The notes below the pieces were generated by a model that saw only the letters and a list, made by a program, of their open reading frames with translations, made no database searches and had not been told where the DNA came from. Below, piece by piece: positions 38,846-51,518 of a stretch of 64,000 nucleotides of DNA. The translations under genes and the position numbers were made by a program. Origin of the DNA: Heptranchias perlo (lineage: Eukaryota); NCBI RefSeq assembly GCF_035084215.1, contig NC_090330.1:58776001-58840000 (forward strand). The letters run 5' to 3'. Position 1 is the stretch's first letter. Each line of letters starts with the position of its first letter.

Positions 38846-39653
38846 GGGACAGAATTTGCTAGGAAAATAATGTCGAGTTTATTGCACACATTGTTATTAG
38901 TGTGCAATTTGTGGCAAGGAAGAGATACGGCGTGAGTTGTGAATCACCACAAATTGCTGGACGATTTGTGCTGCTGCGCCATTAAGCTTGCGAAAGCGAG
39001 AGTTCGCTGTTGACCTGCCTGTGAGTTTCAAGAAATTACTGCATATGTGCTGTTAAAATGAATTAGTGTTGATATTTTAAGAGGTAACGACCCTTTTAAT
39101 GAGGAGATTTATGTTCTTGCAATGCCACTCAACCTCTCCGGCTCAGAAAGGGAACAGTTGAAACTGTGGAGTCTCATTCCTACAGGTAGTAAATTGTTTT
39201 TAGAGTTTATTAAAAAAAAATTTCCTACTTCTCCTTCCTGTTTTTTCTTTCTCTTACTCTTAATCCAATCTTTCTTTCCCTCTCTTTTTATTTCTCTTTT
39301 GGGTACCTAGTTTGACTCTTAATTCACCCTATTTCCTTCTCAGTCCTTCCCCTGTATCTTTCTCTTTAACCTTAAATCTCATTGGTTAAGGAGATGTACT
39401 GTTGGTCCCATCGTTCACCAAGGTCCCAGATGCCTCGTTGACCGTAGCATATAAAATAGGAGCAGGAGTAGGCCATTCGGCCCTTCAAGCCTGCTCCGCC
39501 ATTCAATATGATCATGGCTGATCCTCTATCTCAATACCATATTCCTGCTCTCTCCCCATAACAGAATTTGCAGTGCAAAAAATTTTGGAGTGAGAAAAAA
39601 ATCTAACCAACAGGACATGCCATGAGATGCTCTGCTACAGCAAATCCTGGTCC
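38846..39653. mobile_element. Harbinger-type non-autonomous element with a nested CR1 tail (about 39448-39560)
   Basis: TIRs GGGACAGAATTTGCT and AGCAAATCCTGGTCC; perfect TSD AAT on both sides. Confidence 0.8.
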
Positions 39654-39742
39654 AATATTTTCTTCTTCCCCTCCCCCACCTGTTAGTTACTTTCTCCCCT
39701 TTCTACGGCCCTGTACGTTGAGGGGTGGGGGGGGTGGGGAGT

Positions 39743-39869
39743 GAGCCTTGACTCAGTAGTAGCACTTCCGTCTTGGAGTCGGAAGGTTATGAGTTTGAGC
39801 CCCATCCCCAACAGCCTCGGCAAGCATGAGACCAGAGCCCCGGCCTCTGAATACTGAGATGGCACAGTA
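39743..39869 (+). mobile_element. tRNA-derived DeuSINE head fragment
   Basis: agccttgactcagtagtagcact...gagtcggaaggttatgagtttgagcccc, matching the reverse complement of 55150-55218. Confidence 0.55.
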
Positions 39870-42800
39870 TCATAGTAGGTACGGCACAGGAGGAGGCCAT
39901 TCGGCCCATCGTGTCTGTGCCGGATCTTTGAAAGAGCTATCCAATTGGTCCCACTCCTGTGCTTTTTCCCCATAGCCCTGTAAATCTTTTCCCTTCAAGT
40001 ATTTATCCAATTCCCTTTTGAAAGTTACTATTGAATCTGCTTCCACCACCTTTTCAGGCAGTGTATTCCAGATCATAACAACTCCGTGTAAAAAAATGTT
40101 TCTTCATTTCGCCTCTGGTCCCTTTGCCGATCACCTTAAATCTATGTCCTCCGGTTACCGACACTTCTGCCACTGGAAACTGTTTCTTCTTATTTACTCA
40201 AAACCATTCATGATTTTGAACACCTCTATCAAATCTCCCCTTAACCTTCTCTGTTCTAAGGAGAACAACCCCAGTTTCTCTAGTGTCTTCACCTAACTGC
40301 AGTCCCTCATCCCTGGTACCATTCTAGTAAATCTCTTCTGCACCATCTCTAAGGCCTTGATATTCTTCCTAAAGTGTGGTGCCCAGAATTGAACACAATA
40401 TTCCAGCTGAGGCCTAACCAGTGTTTCATAAATATTTAGCATAACTTCCTTGCTTTTGGACTCTTTGGGGGTGATATTAAACCCCAAGAACGGGTGGGTT
40501 GGGGGCGGGTGGGAGTTGAAAATAGTTCTTTTTTTGGGTTGCAATCGCAAAATTTTTGGACTTTGCATTCCCAGCCTGCACTTTTACGCGCCGATGTTAA
40601 ACCCAGAAATAAAGCCAGGTTGCGGTCGCGACCCAAAAAACAACTATTTTCAACTCACACCCGCCCCCAACCCACCTGTTCTTGGGGTTTAAAATCACCC
40701 CCTGTGCCTCTTTTAATAAACCAAGCATCCCATATGCTTTTTTAACAGTCTTCTCAACTTGTCCTGCACCTTCAAAGATGTGTGTACATACACCCGCAGG
40801 TATCTCTGTTCCTGCACTCTCTTTAAAATTGTACCATTTAGTTTATATTGCCTCTCCTCAGTCTTCCTACCAAAATGTGTACTTCACACTTCTCTGCCTT
40901 AAATTTCATCTGCCATATGTCTGCCCATTTCACCAGTCTGTACGTTCTCCTGAAGTCTGTTACTATCCTCCTCATTGTTTACTAGATTTCCGAGTTTCGC
41001 GTCATTTGCAAAATTTTTTAATTATACTCTGTATATCCAAGTCCAGGTCATTAAAATATATTAAAAAGAGCAATGGTCCCAATACCGACCCCTGGGGAAC
41101 ACCACTGTATACTTCCCTCCAGTCTGAAAAACAACTGTTCACCCTCTGCTTTCTGTCCAGTAGCAAATTTTGTATCCACGCTGCTACTGTCCCTTTAATC
41201 CCATGGGCTTTAATTTTGCTAACAGGTCTATTATGTGGTACTTTATCAAATGCCGTTTGAAAGTCCATATAGACAACATCAACTGCACTAACCTCATTAA
41301 CCCTCTCTGTTACTTCATCAAACAACTCAATCAAATTAGTCAAACACAATTTTCCTTTAACAAATCCGTGCTAACTTTCATTTATAAGCCCATACTTTTC
41401 CAAGTGCCAATTAATTTTGTCCTGGATTATTGTCTCTAAAAGGTTCCCCACCACCAAGGTTAGGCTGACCGGCCGGTAATTGCCGGGTTTATCCCTCTCT
41501 CATTTTTTGAACAGGAGTGTAATATTTACAATCCTCCAGTCCTCAGGCATCACACCAATATCTAAGAAGGATTGGAAGATTGTGGCCAGAGCCACCGCAA
41601 TTTCCACCCTTCTCTAGTGAGGACGGATGCGAAGTATTCATTTAGTACCTCAGCCATCCCCTCTGCCTCCACAAGAAGATCTCCATTTTTGTCCCTAAGT
41701 GCCCCACTCTTCCTTTGACTACCCTTTTAATATTTATATGTTTACAAAAGACTTCTGTGTTCCCTTTAGCTGTTAATCTATTCTCATACTCTCTTTTACT
41801 CCCTTTTTTAGATCTCCTCTGTACTTCTGTATTCAGCCTGGTTCTCTACTGTATTATGAACCTTTCATTTGTCATAAGCCTCCTTTTTCTGTTTCATTTT
41901 AATCTCTATATCTTTAGTCATCCAGGGAGCTCTTGCTTTGGATGCTCTTCCTTTCCTCCTCTGTACCTGAACCATATCCTCCTTGAAGACCTTCCAATGT
42001 TCACTTTACTGTTTTACCTACCAATTTTTGATTCCAATCCACCTGGGCAAGGTCCCTTTTTAACTTACTGAAATTAATCCTCCTCCAGTTAAATATTTTT
42101 ACGCTTAATGGTTCCTTGTCCTTTTCCATAACTATTCTAAACCTGATGATGTTATGATCACTGTTCCCCAAATGCTTCCCCACTGAAACATGCTCCACTT
42201 GACCTACTTCATTCCCCAGAACTAGATCCAGCACTGCTTCCTTCCTCGTTGGGCTGGAAACATACTGATCAAGAAAGTTCTCTTGTACGCATTTCAGGAA
42301 TTTTGCCCCCTCTTTGCCCCTTTACACCGTTACTGTCGCAGTCTATATTGGGATAATTGAAGTCCCCCCATTATCACTACTCTATAATTCTTGCATCTTT
42401 CTGTAATTTGCCTGCAAATTTGCTCCTCTATTTCCTTCCCATTATTTGGTGGCCTATAGTATACACCCAATAGCGTAAAAGCTCCTCTATTGTTCCTTAA
42501 TTCTAACCAAATAGATTCTGTCTTTGACCCCTCAACTACATCATCCCTTTCCAGTGCTATAATAGTTTATTTGATCAAAACTGCCCCCCCCCCCCTTTCC
42601 TTCCCTATCTTTCCTGAATACCTTGTAGCCAGGAATATTAAGTCCCGAATCGTCCCCTTCTTTGAGCCAGGTCTCTGTAATTGCCACCAAATCATAGTCC
42701 CATGTGGTGACTTGTGCCTGCAGCTCACCAACCTTATTTACCAAGCAATATGCATTTACACACATGCGCTCCAAACTCATCTTAGACTGCCTCGCATTTG

Positions 42801-43040
42801 CCCCCGTCTGATCCCTCTTATTTCTGAACTATACTCTAGTGCTACTAGTCTCTCCCAGTCCTCTGTGCACCTTGTTTCTCCTCTCTAATGTTTCATCCTG
42901 GTGCCCATCCCCCTGCTAAATTCATTTAAACGCTCCCCCACAGCACTAGTTAACTGCCAAGCAAGGACACTGGTCTCAGCTCTGTTAAGGTGCAACCCGT
43001 CTATCTTGAACAGATCTCTTCTGCCCCAGAACATCCAGCG
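39870..43040 (-). mobile_element. Long CR1 LINE (ORF1 esterase C-terminus, endonuclease, RT, 3' UTR; internal deletions)
   Basis: Minus ORFs DLFKIDGLHLNR (SGNH-type ORF1), DLVAITETWL...PGYKVFRKDR (APE), LGNSDHN, DFQTAFDKV and GVPQGSVLGP. Confidence 0.93.
40467..40702. mobile_element. 236-bp fold-back MITE nested in CR1
   Basis: About 80-bp TIRs starting GGGGGTGATATTAAACCCCAAGAAC and ending GTTCTTGGGGTTTAAAATCACCCCC; the CR1 sequence resumes on both sides. Confidence 0.9.
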
Positions 43041-43223
43041 GAGTAATCGGATCCGATGGGAGTGAAGTGATGACCCCGCATCACATCCATCCAGTTCTCC
43101 TGGTAGGGAGTTGTGAGTCAGGCTAACGACCTGTCCATGTAAAAGGGTCTTCATTACAGAAACAACCCAGAGCATGATCTGCCAGATATAAAAGCAACAG
43201 AAGAAATTCAATGCCTCATGTGC

Positions 43224-43724
43224 TCCCCCCCCCCCCCACCGGAATGTCTACCCCCTCCCCCCGAAGGTTTCTTCTCCCCCCGAAGGTTTCTTCCCCCCCC
43301 CCGGATGTTTCTTCCCCCCCCAGATGTCCCCCCCCCCCCACCCCCCCCCCACCCCGGATGTTTCTCCCCCCCCCCGGATGTTTCCCCCCCCCCCCCCCCC
43401 CCCCGGATGTTTCTTCACCCCCCCCCCCCCCCCCCCCCGGATGTTTCTTCCCCCCCCCCCCCCCCCCCGGATGTTTCTTCCCCCCCCCCCGGATGTTTCT
43501 TCCCCCCCCCCCGGATGTTTCTCCCCCCCCCCCGGATGTTTCTCCCCCCCCCCCCCAGATGTTCCCCCCCCNNNNNNNNNNNNNNNNNNNNNNNNNNNNN
43601 NNNNNNNNNNNNNNNNNNNNNNNNNNNNNNNNNNNNNNNNNNNNNNNNNNNNNNNNNNNNNNNNNNNNNNNNNNNNNNNNNNNNNNNNNNNNNNNNNNNN
43701 NNNNNNNCCCCCCCCCCCCCCGGA
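43224..43724. repeat. Poly-C minisatellite (GGATGTTTCTT-Cn) spanning a 136-N gap (43572-43707)
   Basis: Repeated ggatgtttc(t)t spacers between long C runs; N run seen directly. Confidence 0.92.
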
Positions 43725-44494
43725 TTATATATTTCTAAGGTTGTGATCAATGGGCATTTGACAGACTAGAGGGATTTATACAGTATTTGCATCTACCATA
43801 TTATACCACATCTGGGTGTACTTGACGCTGTTACTTCAGGGAGGTATCCTACACAACCTATTTGTAATGAAATTTAAATCTTTTCTTTATAAGTGGATTT
43901 ACAGTTTTGTTACATACGTTGCACAGAGGAAATTTTCCCCTAGCTGTTCAAAATAGAAGAGCGCTCCTTTCTCCAGCACTGACATCAGTTACCTCAGTGA
44001 GCACAAAAATTCACTGCAAATAAATAAATAGCTCCTTCCAAATAGCCAAGTGCCTCACTCTACTTAGTGCCTCCCCAAGGTGATCCTGGTTGAGATCGGG
44101 AATGTACCATGGGGCGAATTGCGAATGTGTGTCTCACGTTGATACATTAACATGTTGCATCACTTTGTTTCTAACATAGCTCTACAAGTGGGAATCTGTT
44201 GAAATGTTAGTAGTTGGGTTTAACTTTTATCAGGGGTTTTGTTGCAGGTATGAAAAATATATCAAGTTATTAACAAAAGGTGTGTGTGTTCCTGATGGTA
44301 CCCGAACAGTAAAGAAGAAATTCAATATCTTGATATAATTATTTTTTAATAGACAATTGTAACATCATTGCAAAGAGAGTTATCCTCCAGGAGTTAAAAT
44401 TTTAATTTATTTATGTGCAGAAACTAAATCATTGTCAATACTATTTGGCAATTTGTTTCTTTTTAATCTAATTCCCTATTGCTAGGAACAACAG

Positions 44495-44656
44495 GAGTAA
44501 TTTTCAACTGGGGCGAAAAGCAGGCAGTGTCGGATCGGCTGCCGGCAATACAGCCCGCCTGATTTTCATTTCCTGAAGTTAATCAGGTGGGATGTATAAT
44601 GCCGGCTTATCCTCTACCGCCAGTTTATTGTCCCTGTCAAAGTTGAAAATTTAGTC
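44495..44656. mobile_element. Short palindromic MITE (related fragment near 31430-31574)
   Basis: Ends GAGTAATTTTCAACT and AGTTGAAAATTTAGTC; CAG on both flanks. Confidence 0.62.
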
Positions 44657-44973
44657 CAGTATATTTTTAAATTTGTTTTTGATGTACAAAACCCAAACAG
44701 GATCCACATTTAAAAAACAATAGTGGATCATGAATGGTGTTGATCACTTGTAAGTCAGAGGTTACACTATTCCAAGGGGTGCAGGGGTGCTGAGCTTTGG
44801 AAGTTGGGGGAGTGGACATTTACAATGAAAGAATTTAGAAAGAGGTTTGTAAGAGCATAGTGCTTTTTGATTGTGTCTTGGAAAATACATTTTGTGCTGT
44901 GGGCCTGAACTCATTGGAACTGGATGGACACTGTCTCAAACTCATTTAATGTTGGACATTACAATGAAACTTT

Positions 44974-45935
44974 GGGGGTGATTTTTGGAGGCAATTGTTG
45001 GTGTGTTGGGAGCAGGGTGGGGCTCCGAAAATCGCAGAAATCCCCTTCGGGTTCGGAAGCTGGCTCCAAACCGCCGACTTACGAGTTTCCCTGGGACCCA
45101 ACTGCGTGCATGCGGGCGACCCGAAAACAGAAGTCCTGCCAGCAACTAAAGCCGGTGGAATGACAGTTAAGGAGCCAAATGTACCTCATTGAGGTACTTA
45201 AGGCACTATACCTGTGACAGATAAATACTTAGAAAGGTTTTTAACTTACATGGGTGGCTTGCCCATCTTTTCTGATTGCCGGATCAGGCAAAAAGAAACT
45301 AAATAAATTAAATTAAATTAAAAAAAACATGGAAGGAAGTGAAAACGCTAAATGAACCTACCTTTGAAACCTACTCCGATGTCTGATGCCTCCCGCTCCA
45401 ATGTCCCCTCTTCACACCCCGCCTGATGTCCCCCCTCGTCGCCTCGCCCCCGATGTCCCCCCTCAATCTTCCGATCTTCCCCTCTTCCCCCCCCCCTCGT
45501 CGCCCCGCCCCCGATGTCCCCCCTCGATCTTCCGATCTTCCCCTCTCCCCCCCCCCCCCCCCCCCCTCGTCGCCCCGCCCCCGATGTACCCCCTCGATCT
45601 TCCGATCGTGCCCTCTTCCCCCCCCACCTCGATCTTCCAGTCCAGCGCCGGAACTTCCATTCCCCCTTACCCCCCCCAGGATGATATCTCACTCTCTCTT
45701 TCTCGCCTCCCCCCCCCCCCTTCCCCCGCCATCACGTTGTGGCTCCTGACAGCAGCCAGCCTGTCAATCAGGCTAGCTGCCGTGCACAAAACCCGGAGAG
45801 GACGTTAATCACTATCAATCAACGTGCGATCGCGTCGGAAACGGTAAGTTTTGTTCATACGGGTTTGCCATGCGCACCTTCACCCCCCGCCCCCCCCCAC
45901 TGTTGCCAATCCGCCACCATTGTAAAATCGAGCCC
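44974..45935 (+). mobile_element. Non-autonomous Harbinger-type element with C-rich internal tandem repeat
   Basis: TIRs GGGGGTGATTTT and AAAATCGAGCCC; TSD TTT on both sides; paralog of 58642-59385. Confidence 0.88.
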
Positions 45936-46679
45936 TTTAGTTCCATCATTCTAAGCTGGATTAAAATCTGGGCATCAGAAACAAAAGGACAGCATGTTGT
46001 CCTACCGTGTCACCTACTTCTCCAAGTTGCCTCCATTACATGTTTTTCTCATCTTAAGTTTCAAGCTACCTGGTCTGTAATATTCAGGGGCCATGCCTGT
46101 GTATCTTTTACGTTAGCTATTTTCCAATTTTGCTATTTCCAAACAGTTAGATAAAATTTCAGCTAGAGTGACCTCATATCCTTTTTCATTTCCTTTATAA
46201 TTCTCCTGTGCATCATATTTTATTAATCTATAATTATTTCAATTTTTAAAATAAATTACTAACCACTATTTTCATTATATTCTCTGATGCATCCCCCTAT
46301 CATCTTGGTTGTAGGATAGAGCTGCTGTTACAGTATATTAGTGTGAGTACTACAAGAAGCATTTTTGAAAAATACAACTTTCCTATTCTTCTTTTGCTTC
46401 CTAAAGAGACTTGGCCTGTTTTTGCAGTTACAGATTTAATACTTTTTTTTACCACTGTAGTTTTATTTTACTTTTATTTGAATCTATTAACCCTATTGCC
46501 ATCAAGCCATTTTATCAAAAGTCAACATTTTCAATCATTTAATTTATTCTTGTGTACTATCTTTGACCAATTTCTTTTTCAATTTTCTTTCCCCTAATTT
46601 CTCCCAACAACTTTTGAAGGTAATGGCCCATCTAAGTGTATGGTCTTATGTGTGTCTTTTACAGTCTAATACTTTGGAC

Positions 46680-46945
46680 ACTTTAATGTGTCAACAGGGT
46701 ACTGAACTGCAGGGAATCACTGTCGCAGTGACCCTATCTTCTGCCAATATCCACATATGTGAACTTCCCACCAATCAAAAGCAAGAACACTTCCTCAACT
46801 TTTTGTCCCCTTCCCTAACCAAAAGACACTGAGGTCAATTTTAGTGCCTCTACTACTGGCCTGCCTGACATCAATTAACTCAACAGGGATTGGTGATTCA
46901 ACATGGAACCTTGTTGGTCTGTATGGTTCAATACTGCACCACACT
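46680..46945 (-). mobile_element. AmnSINE2-like SINE
   Basis: Reverse complement matches the other copies (ccccttccctaacc...cactgaggtcaattttagtgcc...ggtctgtatggttca). Confidence 0.5.
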
Positions 46946-47051
46946 TTCAGTGATGGTAAATTTGAAAATGGTCTATCTGAAAATCAAAGTGAAGATTTTC
47001 TATAATTTCTTTCCCTTAGCTATAGAAACATGGGAAGGGGTGTCGGCCATT

Positions 47052-48735
47052 GTTGAATAATGACTTTGGATCAGTCATCACAGTAGAGGAGGAGGATAAT
47101 GTACCTGATATTCCAGGGAAACTAATAATGAATGGAACTCACTAAAGTAAGCAAGAAAACAGTATTAGAAAAAATAATGACACTAAAGACTGACAAATCC
47201 CCAGGACCTGATGGTTTCCACTCCAGGGTTTTAAAGGAAGTAGGTGAGGAAATTGCAGATACTTTAGCCATAATCTTCCAAAGCGCTCTCTATTCAGGAA
47301 TTGTCTCTTTTAGATTGGAAAATGGCAAATGAACTATTATTTAAGAAAGGTGAGAGAGGGAAACAGGAAATCATAGACCTGTTAGTCTAACATCTGTTGT
47401 GGGTAAGTTATTGGAATCTATAATTAAGGACAAAGTGACAGCACTTAGAAAAATTTGAGCTGATTAGAGAGAGCCAACATGGATTTGTAAGGGGTAGGTC
47501 ACCTCTAACGAACCTAATTGAATTTTTTGAAGAAGTAACTAAAGTAGTAGACAGGGGAATGTCTATGGATATAGTTTATGTGGACTTCTAGAAGGCATTC
47601 GATAAGGTTCCACATAAGAGACTGTTAGCTAAAATTAAAGTTCAGGCAATTGAAAGCAAATTATTGACCTGGTTAGGAGATTGGTTAGGCGATGGAAGAC
47701 AGTGAGTAGGGATAATGGGTATATGCTCGAATTGGAAAGAAGTGACTAGTGGTGCCCCACAAGAATCTGTGCTGGGGCCTCAACTATTCACTATATTTAT
47801 TAATGACTTGGATAACACAATAGAGAGCCATATATCCAAGTTTGCCGATGACACAAAGTTAGGTAGCATAGTAAGTAGTGTAGACGGGAACATGAAATTA
47901 TAAAGAGACATTGATAGATTAAGTGAGTGGGCAAAACTGTGACAGATGGATTTCAACGCGGTTACATGTGAGATCATCCATTTTGGACCAAAAAAAGGAT
48001 AGATCAGAGTATTTTTTAAATGGTGAGAAGCTAGGAACAGTGGAGGTCCAAAGATGTTTAGGGGTCCATGTACGTAGATCACTAAAATGTAGTGGTCGGG
48101 TACAAAAAAATCAAAAAGGCTAATGAAATGTTAGCCTTTATATCTAGAGGGCTAAAATATAAAGGGAAGGAAGTTTTGCTACAGCTATACAAAGCCCTGG
48201 TTAGACCACATCTGGAATACTGTGTACCGTTCTGGGCACCGCACCATAGAAAGGATATATTGGCCTTGGAAGGAGTGCAGCGCAAATTCACCAGAATGTT
48301 ACCAGGGCTCCAAGGGTTCAATTATGAGGAGAGATTACATAAACTACGCTTGTAGTCCCTGGAATATAGAAGGTTAAAGGGTGATTTGATTGAGGTTTTT
48401 AGGATTTTGAAAGGAATTGATAGGGTGGATATGGTAGGGGAGCGTAGAACAAGGGGACATAACCTTAAAATCAGCGCCAGGCCAATCAGGAGAGAAGTTA
48501 GGTAACATTTCTTCACACAAAGGGTGTTAGAAGTGCAGAACTCTCTCCCACAAAAAGTAGTAGGTGCTAGCTCAATTAATAATTTTAAATCTGAGATCAA
48601 TAGATTTTTGCAAGCCAAGGGTATTAAGGGATATGGAACCAAGGTGGGTAAATGGATACAGATCAGCCATGATCTCAGTGAATGGAGGAACAGGCTCGAG
48701 GGGCTGAATGGCCCACTCCTGTTCCTATGTTCCTA
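47052..48735 (+). mobile_element. 5'-truncated CR1 LINE
   Basis: KSPGPDGFH, SKFADDTK, RPHLEYC; gttcctat tail; same subfamily as 4336-5756. Confidence 0.92.
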
Positions 48736-48736
48736 T

Positions 48737-49192
48737 ATTCAGCCCCTCGAGCCTGTTCCGCTATTCAATTAGATCATTGTAACTTAATTCCATCTATCCG
48801 CCTTGGTTTTGTAACCCTTAATACCCTTGCCCAACAAAAATCTACCAATCTCAATTTTGAAATTTTCAATTGACCTAGCCACAACAGCTTTTGGGGGGAG
48901 AGAGTTCCAGATTTCCACTACCCTTTGTGGGAAGAAGTGCTTCTCGACATCACCCCTGAATGGCTTAGCTCTAATTTTAAGGTTATGCTCCTTATGCCTC
49001 CTTGTTCTGGACTCCCCCACCAGAGGAAATAGTTTCTCTCTATCTACCCTAACAACTCCTTTAATCATCTTAAACACCTCAATTAGATCACCCTGTAATC
49101 TTCTATACTCAAGGGAATAGAAGCCTAGTCTATGCAAACTGTCCTCATATTTTAACCCTTTTACCCCAGGTATCATTCTGGTGAATCTGCGC
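48737..49192 (-). mobile_element. CR1 3' fragment, tail-to-tail with the preceding copy
   Basis: Minus ORF RRFTRMIPG...GDLIEVFK...WNSLP. Confidence 0.9.
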
Positions 49193-50536
49193 AACTCCCG
49201 TCCAAGGCCAATAACACAATTGACCCAAAGGTGATACAACTGTTCCCTGGTAAAAAGGTGACCCTTTCTGCATAATGCTGCATTTATTTAAAACTTTCAG
49301 ACCAAATTTGCAACATTTTGTCAACAGTACTTGTGGAAGAGTTCTAGGTATGGATTTCTGCACACAAATAGTCCATAGAAGTAGATCTGGGCCTGCTAAA
49401 GCCTTGCACTGACTATTTGAACCTACGTTTGTTAAATTGCAGATCCAGCTTCATGCACATGTGATGGGTTGCCAATGTTTTCCAATGATGCCTTTCAGCA
49501 GCTGTGGTTCTGGGATAATGTTGATAATTTACATGGATGAAGTTGTACCAGATCTGAATATTCTATCCAAGCCACAGATATCAGCAACTAACTTCTTCAG
49601 TTTAGTTATTGTTAGCAATTCATTCTGGGTGAAAGGTTTTTTCATAAAGGAATTAAATTTTATATTCAGCAACCCGAAAATAAAGATCGTAAAAGACAAT
49701 TTGGCCAAAACCAAAAATGTATTCTTTTAACTATTCAAATAGTGCTATGATAAATAGGATTGTTTAAAAAAAAGCCAAATAGTCATTTCAGGATGACAGA
49801 GATGAATGGGCGCTGACAGGCAATGGAGTTGATACTTTTGAAGTAACTAACGTCAAACGCAGGCCTATGTCGAAACATAATTCCTTTGCTTGAATGTCAT
49901 TGCTTTGATATCATTGTGTTAGTCCATGCTTATAGCACAATGTAGCCTTGAAATTATGCCATGTTCATAACACTAATACTCACACGGTGTAACATCAAGT
50001 CTGCAATTCAAGTGCTTTGTGTAAAATGAAAAATGGAAAAAACTACAAAAGCTGTTAGTGGAGGTGATGGAGGAGGAGGGTTTGATCTACAGCAGACAAA
50101 ATGAGCTCTTCTTAAGTGGCTAACTTGGCAGTTTTTGTTGAGGACTGTTCCAGAAATACATCTGTCTGAAAACTCCCTGAAATGACAAGGCTGCTATCAT
50201 AATCCAAGTTTCCAGATCTGTTATGTAAATTATATCTGCTGTGGTTAGTCGCTCAAGGACTAATTGAAATTCTCGTTTTAGTTGAAAGTCGCTCTTCTTC
50301 ACTTTCTCTTTGGTCTCTAACATTTCTAATGCAAACTCAACTTCTCTTGATTTGGACATTTTGTTAATATTACTGTTGCTGTTTGGTTCACTTTCAAATT
50401 TTAAACATTCTGAATCCTCTTTGTCACCGGTATAGCTCAGAATCCCAGGCAGCTGCAACCAATTGTGACAAGTTTAGGGTCTTGCCTTAGATATTCTCTC
50501 ATGCAGCGGTACTAGTCACTGCTGTAAGAGGTCTGA

Positions 50537-51509
50537 CTTTTTTTTAATTCATTCGTGGGATGTGGGCGTCACTGGCAAGGCCAGCATTTATTGCCCATCC
50601 CTAATTGCCCTTGAGAAAGTGGTGGTGAGCTGCCGCCTTGAACTGCTGCAGTCTGTGCGGTGAAGGTACTCCCACAGTGCTGTTAGGTAGGGAGTTCCAG
50701 GATTTTGATCCAGCAATGATGAAGGAACGGCAATATATTTCCAAATTGGGATGGTGTGTGACTTGGAGGGGAATGTGCAGGTGGTGGTGTTCCCATGCAC
50801 CTGCTGTCCTTGTCCTTCTAGGTGGCAGAGGTCGCGGGTTTGGGAGGTGCTGTTGAAGAAGCCTTGGTGAGTTGCTGCAGTGCATCTTGTAGATGGTACA
50901 CACTGCAGTCTCGGTGCGCCGGTGGTGGAGGGAGCGAATGTTTAAGGTGCAGGGTGGGATGCCAATCAAGCGAGCTGCTTTGCCCTTGATGGTATTGAGC
51001 TTCTTGAGTGTTGTTGGAGCTGCACTCATCCAGGCAAGTGGAGAGTATTCCATCACACTCCTGACTTGTGCCGCGTAGATGGTGGAAAGGCTTTGGGGAG
51101 TCAGGAGGTGAGTCACTCGCCGCAGAATACCCAGCCTCTGACCTGCTCTTGTAGCCACATTATTTATGTGGCTGGTCCAGTTATGTTTCTGGTCAATGGC
51201 AACCTCCAGTATGTTGATGGTGGGGGATTCGGCGATGATAATGCCGTTGAATGTCAAGGGAAGGTGGTTAGATGCTCTCTTGCTGGAGATGGTCATTGCC
51301 TGGCACTTGTCTGGCACAAATGTTACTTGGCACTTATCAGCCCAAGCCTGGATATTGCCCAGGTCTTGCTGCATGCGGGCACGGAGTGCTTCATTATTTG
51401 AGAGGTTGTGAATGGAACTGAACACTCTGCAATCATCAGTGAACATCCCCACCTCTGACCTTATGTTGGAGGGAAGGTCATTGATGAAGCAGCTGAAGAT
51501 GGTTGGGCC
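50537..51509 (-). mobile_element. 5'-truncated LINE (CR1 group, Zenon-like RT)
   Basis: ORF 50601-51452 MFTDDC...YAAQVRSVMEYSPLAW...SWNSLP; short 3' UTR gggcaattagggatgggcaataaat and A tail. Confidence 0.9.
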
Positions 51510-51518
51510 ATCATCTTA

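Noticed and set aside
43211-43769. Long poly-proline ORFs (formin- or extensin-like)
   Set aside because: Translation of a poly-C minisatellite running into an N gap; open in several frames, no splice context.
45420-45640. Repeat-spacer-like array (CRISPR-like)
   Set aside because: Units are tandem duplicates without unique spacers, inside a eukaryotic MITE; no cas genes.
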